NCBI GenBank assembly: GCA_041484625.1 | Contig: JBGPHY010000002.1 | Span: forward strand, 1 to 40,250 | Length of the DNA: 40,250 bases | Origin: Terriglobia bacterium | Lineage (GTDB): Bacteria; Acidobacteriota; Terriglobia; Versatilivoradales; Versatilivoraceae | Reading direction: 5' to 3' | Shown here: in pieces, positions 17,440 through 25,120 of the stretch | Layout of the letters: each line of letters opens with the position of its first letter | How positions within the stretch are numbered: position 1 is the stretch's first letter | Notes under the pieces: model-generated | The model's input: only the letters and a program-made list of their open reading frames with translations | What the model was told of the DNA's origin: nothing | Databases searched by the model: none | Made by a program: the position numbers and the translations under genes

Positions 17440-18729
17440 TCACTCGAGTCCGGTCAATGGCGAAACGAGCCCTTCAAACTCGCTGAGTCTGGCACTGATG
17501 ACTTGCGGGCGCGCCAGGTGGTCTTGAATTGCTTCCTGGGTTTTCAATCCGTTGCCGGTAACAGAAATGACGGTCACCTCGTCGGACAGGATTCTGCCTT
17601 GCTGAACCAGCTTCTGAGTGACCGCCACAGTCACGCCTCCAGCCGTTTCCGTGAAGATTCCTTCATCTTCGGCGAGCATACGGATTCCCGCAACGATCTC
17701 CTCATCCGACACGTCTTCACCCCAACCGCCGGATTCCGTCATGGCCTTGATGGCGTAATAACCGTCTGCAGGGTTACCAATGGCAATCGATTTTGCAATG
17801 GTTTGAGGTTTGACCGGTTTGATGAAATCACGTCCGGATTTTATTGCCGTGGTGATCGGAGAACATCCTGTCGCCTGGGCCCCAAAAACTTTGCAGTGGC
17901 CTTCGGCAACTAGGCCCAGCTTTTCCAGCTCGAGAAAAGACTTTCGGATTTTGGTAATCAGTGAACCACCGGCCATAGGGGAGACCACACAATCCGGAAT
18001 TCGCCAGCCGAGTTGTTCAGCGATCTCGTATCCAAAGCTCTTGGAGCCTTCGGCATAGAATGGGCGGAGATTGATATTGACGAATCCCCACCGGTACTTC
18101 ATGGAGATTTCGCTGCAAAGCCGGTTGACATCGTCGTAATTCCCATCCACCCCGATGACATGGGTCTGGTAGACCATCGTTCCTAGAATCTTTCCAAGTT
18201 CCAGATCGGCTGGGATGAAAATGTAACTGCGCAGGCCGACACTGGCGGCGTTGGCGGCCACCGAGTTCGCCAGGTTGCCGGTAGAGGCGCAACCAACGGT
18301 GTCAAATCCAAACTCCAGGGCCTTGGAAAGGGCCACTGAAACCACACGGTCCTTAAAGGACAAGGTCGGGAAACAAACGCTGTCGTTCTTGATGTAAAGA
18401 TTTTTCACTCCAAGTCTTCGCGCGAGATTCGTCGCCTTGACCAGGGGAGTGAACCCCACTTGCCTACCCACGGTCGCCTCCCCATCCAGGGGGAGGAGTT
18501 CCCGGTACCGCCACATGTTGGGAGGTCGGCTTTCGATCAGTGCCCGGGTAAGCGTTTTTTTCAGGAAGTCGTAATCATAGATGACCTCCAAGGGGCCAAA
18601 ACAGTACTCGCAGACCGAAAGCGGGGCCTTTGGGTATTGCCTCTCGCATTCCCGACACTGGAGCCCGGAAACGCAAGAGCTTTGTATATTGCTATCCGCG
18701 TTGCGGATCTTATTCGGCGAAGTGGCCAT
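17440..18729 (-). CDS. Threonine-synthase-family fold-type-II PLP enzyme with N-terminal zinc ribbon (candidate thiocarboxylate-dependent homocysteine synthase)
   Basis: 429-aa ORF. CRECERQYPKAPLSVCEYC zinc ribbon. PLP-lysine motif PTLSFKDR. ThrC-like body. First gene after the SAM-I riboswitch. Confidence 0.85.
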   Translation of the reverse strand: MATSPNKIRNADSNIQSSCVSGLQCRECERQYPKAPLSVCEYCFGPLEVIYDYDFLKKTLTRALIESRPPNMWRYRELLPLDGEATVGRQVGFTPLVKATNLARRLGVKNLYIKNDSVCFPTLSFKDRVVSVALSKALEFGFDTVGCASTGNLANSVAANAASVGLRSYIFIPADLELGKILGTMVYQTHVIGVDGNYDDVNRLCSEISMKYRWGFVNINLRPFYAEGSKSFGYEIAEQLGWRIPDCVVSPMAGGSLITKIRKSFLELEKLGLVAEGHCKVFGAQATGCSPITTAIKSGRDFIKPVKPQTIAKSIAIGNPADGYYAIKAMTESGGWGEDVSDEEIVAGIRMLAEDEGIFTETAGGVTVAVTQKLVQQGRILSDEVTVISVTGNGLKTQEAIQDHLARPQVISARLSEFEGLVSPLTGLE

Positions 18730-18757
18730 TGGTTTTTCCCATGGGGGTTCGATGCTT

Positions 18758-18786
18758 AAAAAAAAACCTCTTCAATAAGAAGAGGT
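18758..18786 (-). terminator. Intrinsic terminator forming the SAM-I riboswitch expression platform
   Basis: The minus strand reads ACCTCTTC-TTATT-GAAGAGGT followed by nine T (A-run 18758-18766 on the plus strand). The 5' arm CCTCTTCTTAT can instead pair with the 3' P1 strand GATAAGAAAAGG, giving an antiterminator. Confidence 0.8.
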
Positions 18787-18802
18787 CTTGGATATCATCC
18801 TT

Positions 18803-18907
18803 TTCTTATCTGTCAGAAACACTCTTCTGCAGGAGTTGGCACCTTCCCGCTGCGGGGGGTTGCCGTGGTTTCAAAGGGCCGGTCCCTCAACCACTCTCGA
18901 TAAGAAG
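18803..18907 (-). promoter_or_regulatory. SAM-I (S-box) riboswitch aptamer
   Basis: The minus strand reads CTTCTTATCGAGAGTGGTTGAGGGACCGGCCCTTTGAAACCACGGCAACCCCCCGCAGCGGGAAGGTGCCAACTCCTGCAGAAGAGTGTTTCTGACAGATAAGAA. This carries P1 TTCTTATC/GATAAGAA, the GAGGGA kink-turn region, GGCCC ... GAAACC ... GGCAACC, AAGGTGCCAA-TCCTGC, and P4 CAGAA/TTCTG. Confidence 0.9.
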
Positions 18908-18930
18908 TACTATTCAATTGTCAATCGGAA

Positions 18931-18958
18931 ATTATACTGGGGTTGGCGTGAATGTCAA
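18931..18958 (-). promoter_or_regulatory. Consensus sigma70-type promoter driving the SAM-I leader
   Basis: Minus strand TTGACA (18958-18953), 16-nt spacer, TATAAT (18936-18931), about 25 nt upstream of riboswitch P1. Confidence 0.65.
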
Positions 18959-19200
18959 GGCTTAAGCGCCTAAAGGAAGGGGTGGAGCAGTTTCCAGGGG
19001 AGATAATCGTAGGACGGTAATGTCAGTCGCCTGATTTTGACGTTTCATCGGGAAAACCTGAGAAGTTATCGCCCCTGCAATAAAAGCGGCATTCCACCGG
19101 CGATACCAATCCATGCGCGCGTCAGTTCTAAAGTTTCGTTCGATTTCCGTCGAGATTAAGGAGAGTGAGTTATAATTGAAGCGCGCAGCCAAACAGGCCT

Positions 19201-20652
19201 ATGACCAACAGAAACGCGAAGCAGGGCTACTCCCTCCTGACGATCCTTTTCCTGGTTTCTTCTTTTCTTCCCGGCAGTGCTCTTTCAACCGGGGACACGC
19301 GCCAGACAGTGTTCCCTTCCAGTTCCTCGCCGGAGGAGAGTGGTTCAGGCAAGTCCGCAAGTAAATCAAGAACCAAGAAGAAACGACACAGCCGATTGCG
19401 GGTCACGAAGGTGAGGGTGCCTCGAAACCTGAAGCCCATGCCCGCCTTAGTTGAGACCCCATTTCCCTCGGAAGTAGCACTGTTGAAAGTGGTCGAGAGC
19501 GCCAAATCCCGCCTGGAAAATGAAAAGGTCACCTACTTTGCAGGCTCTAAGAAGAAACAGGCGCGGCGGGAAATCAAGCTGGCACTGGCCAACTTCAAGA
19601 CCGGGGACATCCAGGTAGCGAGCGGAGTTGAGGAGAAAAACCAGTTGATTCTGGATGACCCTCAGATTCGGTACCAGGTCGCCTGGTGGAATGGCTTTAA
19701 CTCATCCATCGACATCCTAGATCCGCCCAACTGCGGTGTAGTGGCGATGCTTTATGCTCTTGACCCCAAGCGGCAAAGCTTTTTTGGTCAGGATGCGATC
19801 ATTTATACTCCCTACTCGAGTGCCCTGCTGCAGCCGGAACTGGTTGAGGCCGGCAAAGGCTACCTGATGGGCAAAATCCGACAGGCCCGGCAGGAATTAG
19901 ACAAGGTTCAGTCGAAATCCACCCCCGGCAAGTCCCTGGCAGTCAGCTCCATCTTCACAGATGAAGATTATTTCAATCTCATTCTTGCCGAGCAGATGGA
20001 CCCCGGACGATTCCGCTCAATCGTCGGAGATGAAACGGAATTCTCCCAGGATCAGGAACTCCAGTTGGTGCGCCTGGCAGAGCGCATCCTGGTAATCGTG
20101 GGAGCCAACCAGGAAGACGCTTACTCGTTTACCGGGAACTATGCCAGTGCCCGAGGCATTACCCAGTTCACCCCGTCCGGTATGAGCGCGGTTTGGGGAA
20201 TGTATCCTGATGCGGGAATTTCTCGCAGTTTCAAGGAAGCCACCGGCAATCATGTCAGCGCCATCAAAGCGGAAATCTGTCTGCTGGATTTCTACCTGGC
20301 GGAACTGGCCGGCGAACATCCCATCTTAATAGGATCGGGATTTGAGAAATACGCTTCAGGCGCCTCTTACAATGGCGGTCCGAAGCGGGTTCATTACGGT
20401 CTGGGAAAATTCGGCGTGGAGTGGCTCAATCCCCAGTCTCGTCTCAAGGAGCTTGCTCACAAGTCGCCGCTAAACCGGGAGGAGCGCCTCGAATACCAGT
20501 GGCTCAAACGGTATAAGGCCCACGAGACTTACGTTTACCTCAACAAGATGCACGCTCTCGAGAGCCTTCAGGTCAAGTTGGAACTGCGTCACCTGACTGA
20601 GAATTCCCTCGAACCTGGCGCCAACAATACTAATACCTCCCTGCCTCGCTAG
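19201..20652 (+). CDS. Secreted hypothetical protein with a divergent SLT-like (lytic transglycosylase) region
   Basis: Signal peptide (LLTILFLVSSFLPGSALS), then a Ser/Lys/Arg-rich linker. Residues NQEDAYSF ... ASARGITQFTPSG ... ASGASYNGGPKRV parallel the SLT motifs E-S, AxGLMQ and AYNAG. Confidence 0.6.
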   Translation: MTNRNAKQGYSLLTILFLVSSFLPGSALSTGDTRQTVFPSSSSPEESGSGKSASKSRTKKKRHSRLRVTKVRVPRNLKPMPALVETPFPSEVALLKVVESAKSRLENEKVTYFAGSKKKQARREIKLALANFKTGDIQVASGVEEKNQLILDDPQIRYQVAWWNGFNSSIDILDPPNCGVVAMLYALDPKRQSFFGQDAIIYTPYSSALLQPELVEAGKGYLMGKIRQARQELDKVQSKSTPGKSLAVSSIFTDEDYFNLILAEQMDPGRFRSIVGDETEFSQDQELQLVRLAERILVIVGANQEDAYSFTGNYASARGITQFTPSGMSAVWGMYPDAGISRSFKEATGNHVSAIKAEICLLDFYLAELAGEHPILIGSGFEKYASGASYNGGPKRVHYGLGKFGVEWLNPQSRLKELAHKSPLNREERLEYQWLKRYKAHETYVYLNKMHALESLQVKLELRHLTENSLEPGANNTNTSLPR

Positions 20653-20656
20653 GCAT

Positions 20657-21958
20657 TCACTCTCCCGGGTACTTCCACGGAGATCGATATTTGCGATGAA
20701 GCAGTTTGTTCGCTTCGTCATCGCCTGGAATGGTCTCACTCTCGCCGTCCCACCGGATTTTCCTTTCCAGCTTTTGGGCCACCATTCCAAGCAGGCAAAT
20801 GGCTGTTGAGTAGTGGGCTTCCAGGATGTCGGAGGCCGGTAGTTGCCGCGATTCCAAACAGCTGAGAAAGTTGGCCATATGCTCCTTTACATTCTCGGCA
20901 TCCTTGGTGGCAAAGACCGGGTCGACGTGTTGAGGACTTTTGCCCTTCTCGTTAGGATAGAAAGTCCAGCCATCCAGCCATCCAATGTGAAGAATCCCTT
21001 TGTTGCCATAAAACAGGAGTCCCACATTGCTTTTGGCCGACGGGTCCATGTCATAGGTCCGGTGCTCCCAGACTGCCGTGAACTTGTCGAATTCATAGGT
21101 GACCAGCTGGGTATCCGGCGTGTCGAAGCTGTTCTGTTTGACGAAAATTCCACCTGATGAAGAAATAGCCCGGGGATACTTGACATCCATGGCCAAGCGC
21201 ATAAGGTCAAACCAGTGGACGCCCCAATCCCCCAGTTGTCCGTTGCCATAGTCGGCATAGTGGCGCCAGCTTCCATGGTACCGCATTCGATTGAATGGGG
21301 GCCTGGGGGCGGGTCCACACCAGAAATCATAATCGAAGCCCTCGGGGGGATCCGAGTCCTTCAAGTTGTCCCCCGGGATGTTGTAGTGGACAAAAGCTCG
21401 CACCATTCCCACGTCGCCCAGGTTGCCGGCTTTCAAGAACTCGAGGGCCGATTTATAGTGGACCCCGCTCCGGCGGTGAGTGCCTACCTGAACGATTCGC
21501 TGATGCTTGCGGGCGGCATCCACAATCGCGCGCCCCTCTTTCAGGGTGTGGGAGATCGGCTTCTCCAGATACAGGTCGCAGCCGGCTTCACAGGCTGCAA
21601 TGGCTGTCAGTGCATGCCAGTGGTCCGGTGTGGCAATGAGAACGATGTCCAGTTTCTCGCCTTCGAGCAACTTTCGAAAATCCCGAAAGCCTCTGGGCGT
21701 ATTTCCCTGGCTCTTTTCAACCTCCCGGATCGATGCTTGCAAATGTCCCTGGTCAACATCGCAAAGGACGACTACATCTGCCTTCCCTGTGGCCATCAGG
21801 TAGCACAGGTTGACCATCCCCCACCACCCACAGCCAATGAGCCCGACCCGATGCTTGGGAGAAGCTATGATGGTCTGCCTTTTCAAGGCTGCCAGTCCAA
21901 CTCCGGCTGCTGCCTTCCTCAAAAAGCTTCTGCGCTCCATCTTCCCATCCTGCTTCAT
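20657..21958 (-). CDS. Tat-signal Gfo/Idh/MocA-family NAD-dependent oxidoreductase (GH109-like architecture)
   Basis: MKQDGKMERRSFLRKAAAGVGLAAL twin-arginine signal and GLIGCGWWG Rossmann motif. I trimmed the start to ATG 21958 (or 21940) because the track start 22144 overlaps the upstream gene. Confidence 0.85.
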   Translation of the reverse strand: MKQDGKMERRSFLRKAAAGVGLAALKRQTIIASPKHRVGLIGCGWWGMVNLCYLMATGKADVVVLCDVDQGHLQASIREVEKSQGNTPRGFRDFRKLLEGEKLDIVLIATPDHWHALTAIAACEAGCDLYLEKPISHTLKEGRAIVDAARKHQRIVQVGTHRRSGVHYKSALEFLKAGNLGDVGMVRAFVHYNIPGDNLKDSDPPEGFDYDFWCGPAPRPPFNRMRYHGSWRHYADYGNGQLGDWGVHWFDLMRLAMDVKYPRAISSSGGIFVKQNSFDTPDTQLVTYEFDKFTAVWEHRTYDMDPSAKSNVGLLFYGNKGILHIGWLDGWTFYPNEKGKSPQHVDPVFATKDAENVKEHMANFLSCLESRQLPASDILEAHYSTAICLLGMVAQKLERKIRWDGESETIPGDDEANKLLHRKYRSPWKYPGE

Positions 21959-21983
21959 GGAGAATACCTCCCGAACTTTGAAT

Positions 21984-24182
21984 TCACTCCTGGCTGAAGA
22001 GCTTAGACCGGTTGACTCGCTCGCCTTTGTAAATGACCAGCGAGATTCTTTCGGTAGCGGCGATATCTCTAGTGGGGTCTCCGTCGACCAGCAACAAATC
22101 TGCATCATGGCCTTTCCGCAGCAGCCCAATCCTCTGGTCAGCACCCATCAGGCGGGCCGCGTTATAGGTGGCGGCCTGTAAAGCTGCAGGTGCCGGGACA
22201 CCAGCTTCCACCCAAAGTTGCAGTTCACGATGGACCGTCGGGCCGTGAAACACTAGCAGGTTTCCGGCGTCACTCCCTGTAACCAACCTCACGCCCGCGC
22301 GATAAGCACGACGCAGATTTTCTTTGCCTTGCCTGAGGTCGGGACGCCAGCCCCTGAACTGAGCAACTATTGGGCTGGGTTGGCCCGAACCAAGCGCCCT
22401 ACGAGTCGCCTTGATCAGCGATGCAGGACCGACTTGTTCCACCAATGAACGATTCAGAACGTCATCCTTTCCATTGTAGAGCTGGTCCACTGCCTCCGCT
22501 ACACTCAGCGTTGGATCGTAGGCGATCCCCTTCCGAGCCATGGTGACAAGAAGGTCGTCGTTAATAGGTTCCTGGAAAGTCCCGTGTTCAATGTCATCGA
22601 CTCCGATCCTCAAGGCATCGGCAATGTCTCGATTGTCTCCAGTATGCACGACCATCGGGAGATGCTGCGCCCTGGCCTCCTCAGCCACCGCCTGCAGGAT
22701 CGATACATCCATCCGGTTAAACAGCATCCCGGTCCTGCCAGTTTCCAGGATTGCCTTGACCCCGTCCACCCCCTGGGTCTTCAGATCGCGCACTTGGCGG
22801 CGGGCTTCTTCCGGGTCCTTGGGAAGACGGACCATTTGAGCCAAAGCCTGGTTCTTGGCAATTTCCGGGAGTTGTTCGAAATACTCTGTCCCATGCCCGC
22901 CTTCAGCAGTAAACACCGGTCCGCAGAGGAACAGGCTGGCTCCCAGCCTTTCACCATTGGCAATCCGGGACCGCAGCCGAAGCGCTTCATCGAGCGGATC
23001 CCCCACGCTCCTGACGCACGTGACACCGCAATAAAGATAGGCAGCCAGGGCTCTAGCCATGGCGGAGGCCACAGAATAGTTGTCCTGTTTCTCATGGATA
23101 CCGCCTGGAGCGGCTAGATGAACATGCACATCTATCAGCCCGGGGAGGAGTGTTTTGCCCGAGGCTTCAATCAAGTCCGCCTTGAGAATCTTTGGGTCCG
23201 GTATGGCCCCGGCGTAGACATCTTCAATCTTTCCGTTCTTGATCAGCACTCCGCCTGATTCTATGATCTGGCCATCGCCCACGAAGATTTTGGCGCCTCG
23301 AATGAGCAAGGTCTGGCTGCGCTGAAGATCCCGGTAAAGCAACTCTTGCTGGCGAAGGTGGTCCTGGTGGTAGGCCTGGAAGGTTCCTAGAAGCACAAAA
23401 GGAGCCAAGACTGCCAGGACCCAGCCCTTGGCACCGGCGGATATCCTCTCTCCTTTCTCCCAGCGGAAAATCTGCTTGGCGATGAAGACTGCCAGAACCA
23501 TAGTCAACAGCAGGGCAGTGAGCGCCGAACCGTTCTCCAGCAAAGTCTGACGATGGAAGAAAACGCTCTGGAATCCCGTGACCAGGTAGGAAGCGGGCAG
23601 GTATTGGGAGATGAGACGAGCCCATTTCGGCAGGAAGGCTATGGGAATAGTTGCGCCGCTCAAGAAGAGCATGGGCATGTACAACAATTGAATCAGGATC
23701 TGACTTTCCTGGGAAGAATTTGCGACAGCCGCCAGGATCAAGCCGATGGCACGAAACGTCATGACTCCCAAAGAAACCCACCCAAAGAGCGAAAGGAGAT
23801 TGTGGGGGACTGGCATCCCGTAGAGGATGTGCGCCAGAAACAGAATCAGCACCACGTTAGGAAGGAAGATCAGCCAGCCGGTCACAATCGAGGCTACCAG
23901 CAATGGCAGAGGGGAGATCGGAGTGACTTTGTAACGACGCAGGATATTGTTCTCCCTTTCCTGCACAGCCCGCATGCCAGCGCCAAACAGGCCATTGCCC
24001 AGGATTCCGACTACCAGCACCATTGACACTACATAAGTGATAGCGCCACCTTGCTCGGCACCCATCATTTCTGCGAATATAAAAAAGAAGACCAGCGGGA
24101 AAAGGTAGTTGAAAAAGAGAACCTCTCTGCTGCGAGAGGCCAGCAGGACATCGATCTTGATCAGTGCCAGGTAGCTTCTCAT
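21984..24182 (-). CDS. ABC-2-type exporter permease fused through an extra TM helix to an amidohydrolase-superfamily domain
   Basis: Residues ~1-260 counted from MRSYLALIK form six TM segments of ABC-2 type. An Arg/Lys-rich loop follows, then a 7th TM (WVLAVLAPFVLLGTF), then an amidohydrolase domain with ligand motifs LIDVHVHL, VVHTGD, IEHG, GSDAG. ATG 24182 overlaps the ATPase stop (ATGA). Confidence 0.8.
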   Translation of the reverse strand: MRSYLALIKIDVLLASRSREVLFFNYLFPLVFFFIFAEMMGAEQGGAITYVVSMVLVVGILGNGLFGAGMRAVQERENNILRRYKVTPISPLPLLVASIVTGWLIFLPNVVLILFLAHILYGMPVPHNLLSLFGWVSLGVMTFRAIGLILAAVANSSQESQILIQLLYMPMLFLSGATIPIAFLPKWARLISQYLPASYLVTGFQSVFFHRQTLLENGSALTALLLTMVLAVFIAKQIFRWEKGERISAGAKGWVLAVLAPFVLLGTFQAYHQDHLRQQELLYRDLQRSQTLLIRGAKIFVGDGQIIESGGVLIKNGKIEDVYAGAIPDPKILKADLIEASGKTLLPGLIDVHVHLAAPGGIHEKQDNYSVASAMARALAAYLYCGVTCVRSVGDPLDEALRLRSRIANGERLGASLFLCGPVFTAEGGHGTEYFEQLPEIAKNQALAQMVRLPKDPEEARRQVRDLKTQGVDGVKAILETGRTGMLFNRMDVSILQAVAEEARAQHLPMVVHTGDNRDIADALRIGVDDIEHGTFQEPINDDLLVTMARKGIAYDPTLSVAEAVDQLYNGKDDVLNRSLVEQVGPASLIKATRRALGSGQPSPIVAQFRGWRPDLRQGKENLRRAYRAGVRLVTGSDAGNLLVFHGPTVHRELQLWVEAGVPAPAALQAATYNAARLMGADQRIGLLRKGHDADLLLVDGDPTRDIAATERISLVIYKGERVNRSKLFSQE

Positions 24183-25102
24183 TCTCGCAGGCTCTTTCCG
24201 GTCAACTCGATGAAAACGTCTTCCAGGGACGGACGTTTCAAGTGCACGTCGGTCAGGTCCAACCCATTTTGATCCAACCATTTCACCAGATCCACCAGGG
24301 TCTTAGCCGGATGAGTGCTGATGACCGAGATCGTTTTGCGATCTGCGGAGAGATGCAGGTGGGTCGCGTGGTTCCATTCCGGAGTGGCAAGTTCGGGGAG
24401 AACAGAGGCACACTCGATCTCGATCATGGACTGACCCAGCGTCCGGGCCTGGATTTCCCTGGGAGATCCTAGAGCGATGATTCGGCCCTCGTCGATGATG
24501 GCCACGCGGTCGCAAAGTCTCTCCGCCTCCTCGATGTAATGAGTGGTCAACAGAATGGTGCGCTTCTCCTGCCGCAATTTCTGGACAAGCTCGTAGATTT
24601 CGTGGCGAGCCTGTGGATCTAGCCCTGCCGAAGGTTCGTCCAGGAAGACCACTTGGGGATCGTTTAACAATGCGAGAGCCAACGCCAGGCGCTGTTTCTG
24701 GCCCCCAGAGAGGGTTTCGTAGGACTGGTTTCGCTTCTCCCAGAGTTGAAGCCGTTCCAGGAGCTGACGGCTGTCCACAGTTCGGGAATAGAGGTCACCG
24801 AACAGTTCCATGGCCTCCTTCACCTTGAGTTTGGCGGAAAGGTTGGTTTCTTGGAGGCAGACGCCAATCTGGTCCTTGAGCTGTTTGCTTTGTCGCCCTG
24901 GATCCAGTCCGAGAACTGATACGTATCCACCGTCTCGCGGACGAAGCCCTTCCAGGATCTCCACTGTCGTCGTTTTTCCGGCTCCATTGGGTCCCAGGAG
25001 CCCGAAAACCTCTCCCGCGTGGATCTCAAAGTCAATCCCTTTGACGGCTCGGAAGTCTCCGTATTGTTTGGTTAACGCTCGAACCTGGATGGGAGCGTCC
25101 AA
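24179..25102 (-). CDS. ABC-2/DrrA-type exporter ATP-binding protein
   Basis: Walker A GPNGAGKTT, signature LSGGQKQRL, Walker B FLDEP, H-loop TTHY. Translationally coupled to the permease fusion. Confidence 0.92.
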   Translation of the reverse strand: MDAPIQVRALTKQYGDFRAVKGIDFEIHAGEVFGLLGPNGAGKTTTVEILEGLRPRDGGYVSVLGLDPGRQSKQLKDQIGVCLQETNLSAKLKVKEAMELFGDLYSRTVDSRQLLERLQLWEKRNQSYETLSGGQKQRLALALALLNDPQVVFLDEPSAGLDPQARHEIYELVQKLRQEKRTILLTTHYIEEAERLCDRVAIIDEGRIIALGSPREIQARTLGQSMIEIECASVLPELATPEWNHATHLHLSADRKTISVISTHPAKTLVDLVKWLDQNGLDLTDVHLKRPSLEDVFIELTGKSLRE

Positions 25103-25120
25103 AGCAGATCTTCCCCTTTT

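Noticed and set aside
18962-19192. 76-aa minus-strand ORF between the SAM-riboswitch promoter and the SLT-like gene.
   Set aside because: No recognisable motif or convincing RBS, and its 3' end runs to the edge of the promoter region. It is more likely non-coding divergent promoter DNA.
21215-21997. Long ORFs antisense to confidently assigned genes: 21215..21997 +, 25136..25753 +, 35401..36102 -, 2295..2969 +, 9367..9924 -, 15747..16526 +, 1021..1494 -, 269..703 -, 17368..17913 +.
   Set aside because: Each lies wholly inside a gene with strong family motifs on the opposite strand. Their translations are Arg/Pro/Gly/Ser-rich and motif-free, as expected for shadow ORFs in GC-rich DNA.
21959-22144. 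N-terminal extensions in the ORF track: 22144 for the Gfo/Idh/MocA gene, 24281 for the permease fusion, 17417 for the E1, 30236 for gatB, 25936 for mtnA, 12515 for proC, 37070 for folP, 13803 for the carrier.
   Set aside because: The extensions overlap upstream genes or add non-conserved low-complexity residues. Internal starts give canonical N-termini (Tat signal, MKYETVIG, MFKTLEW and so on) and typical ATGA/short-gap coupling.
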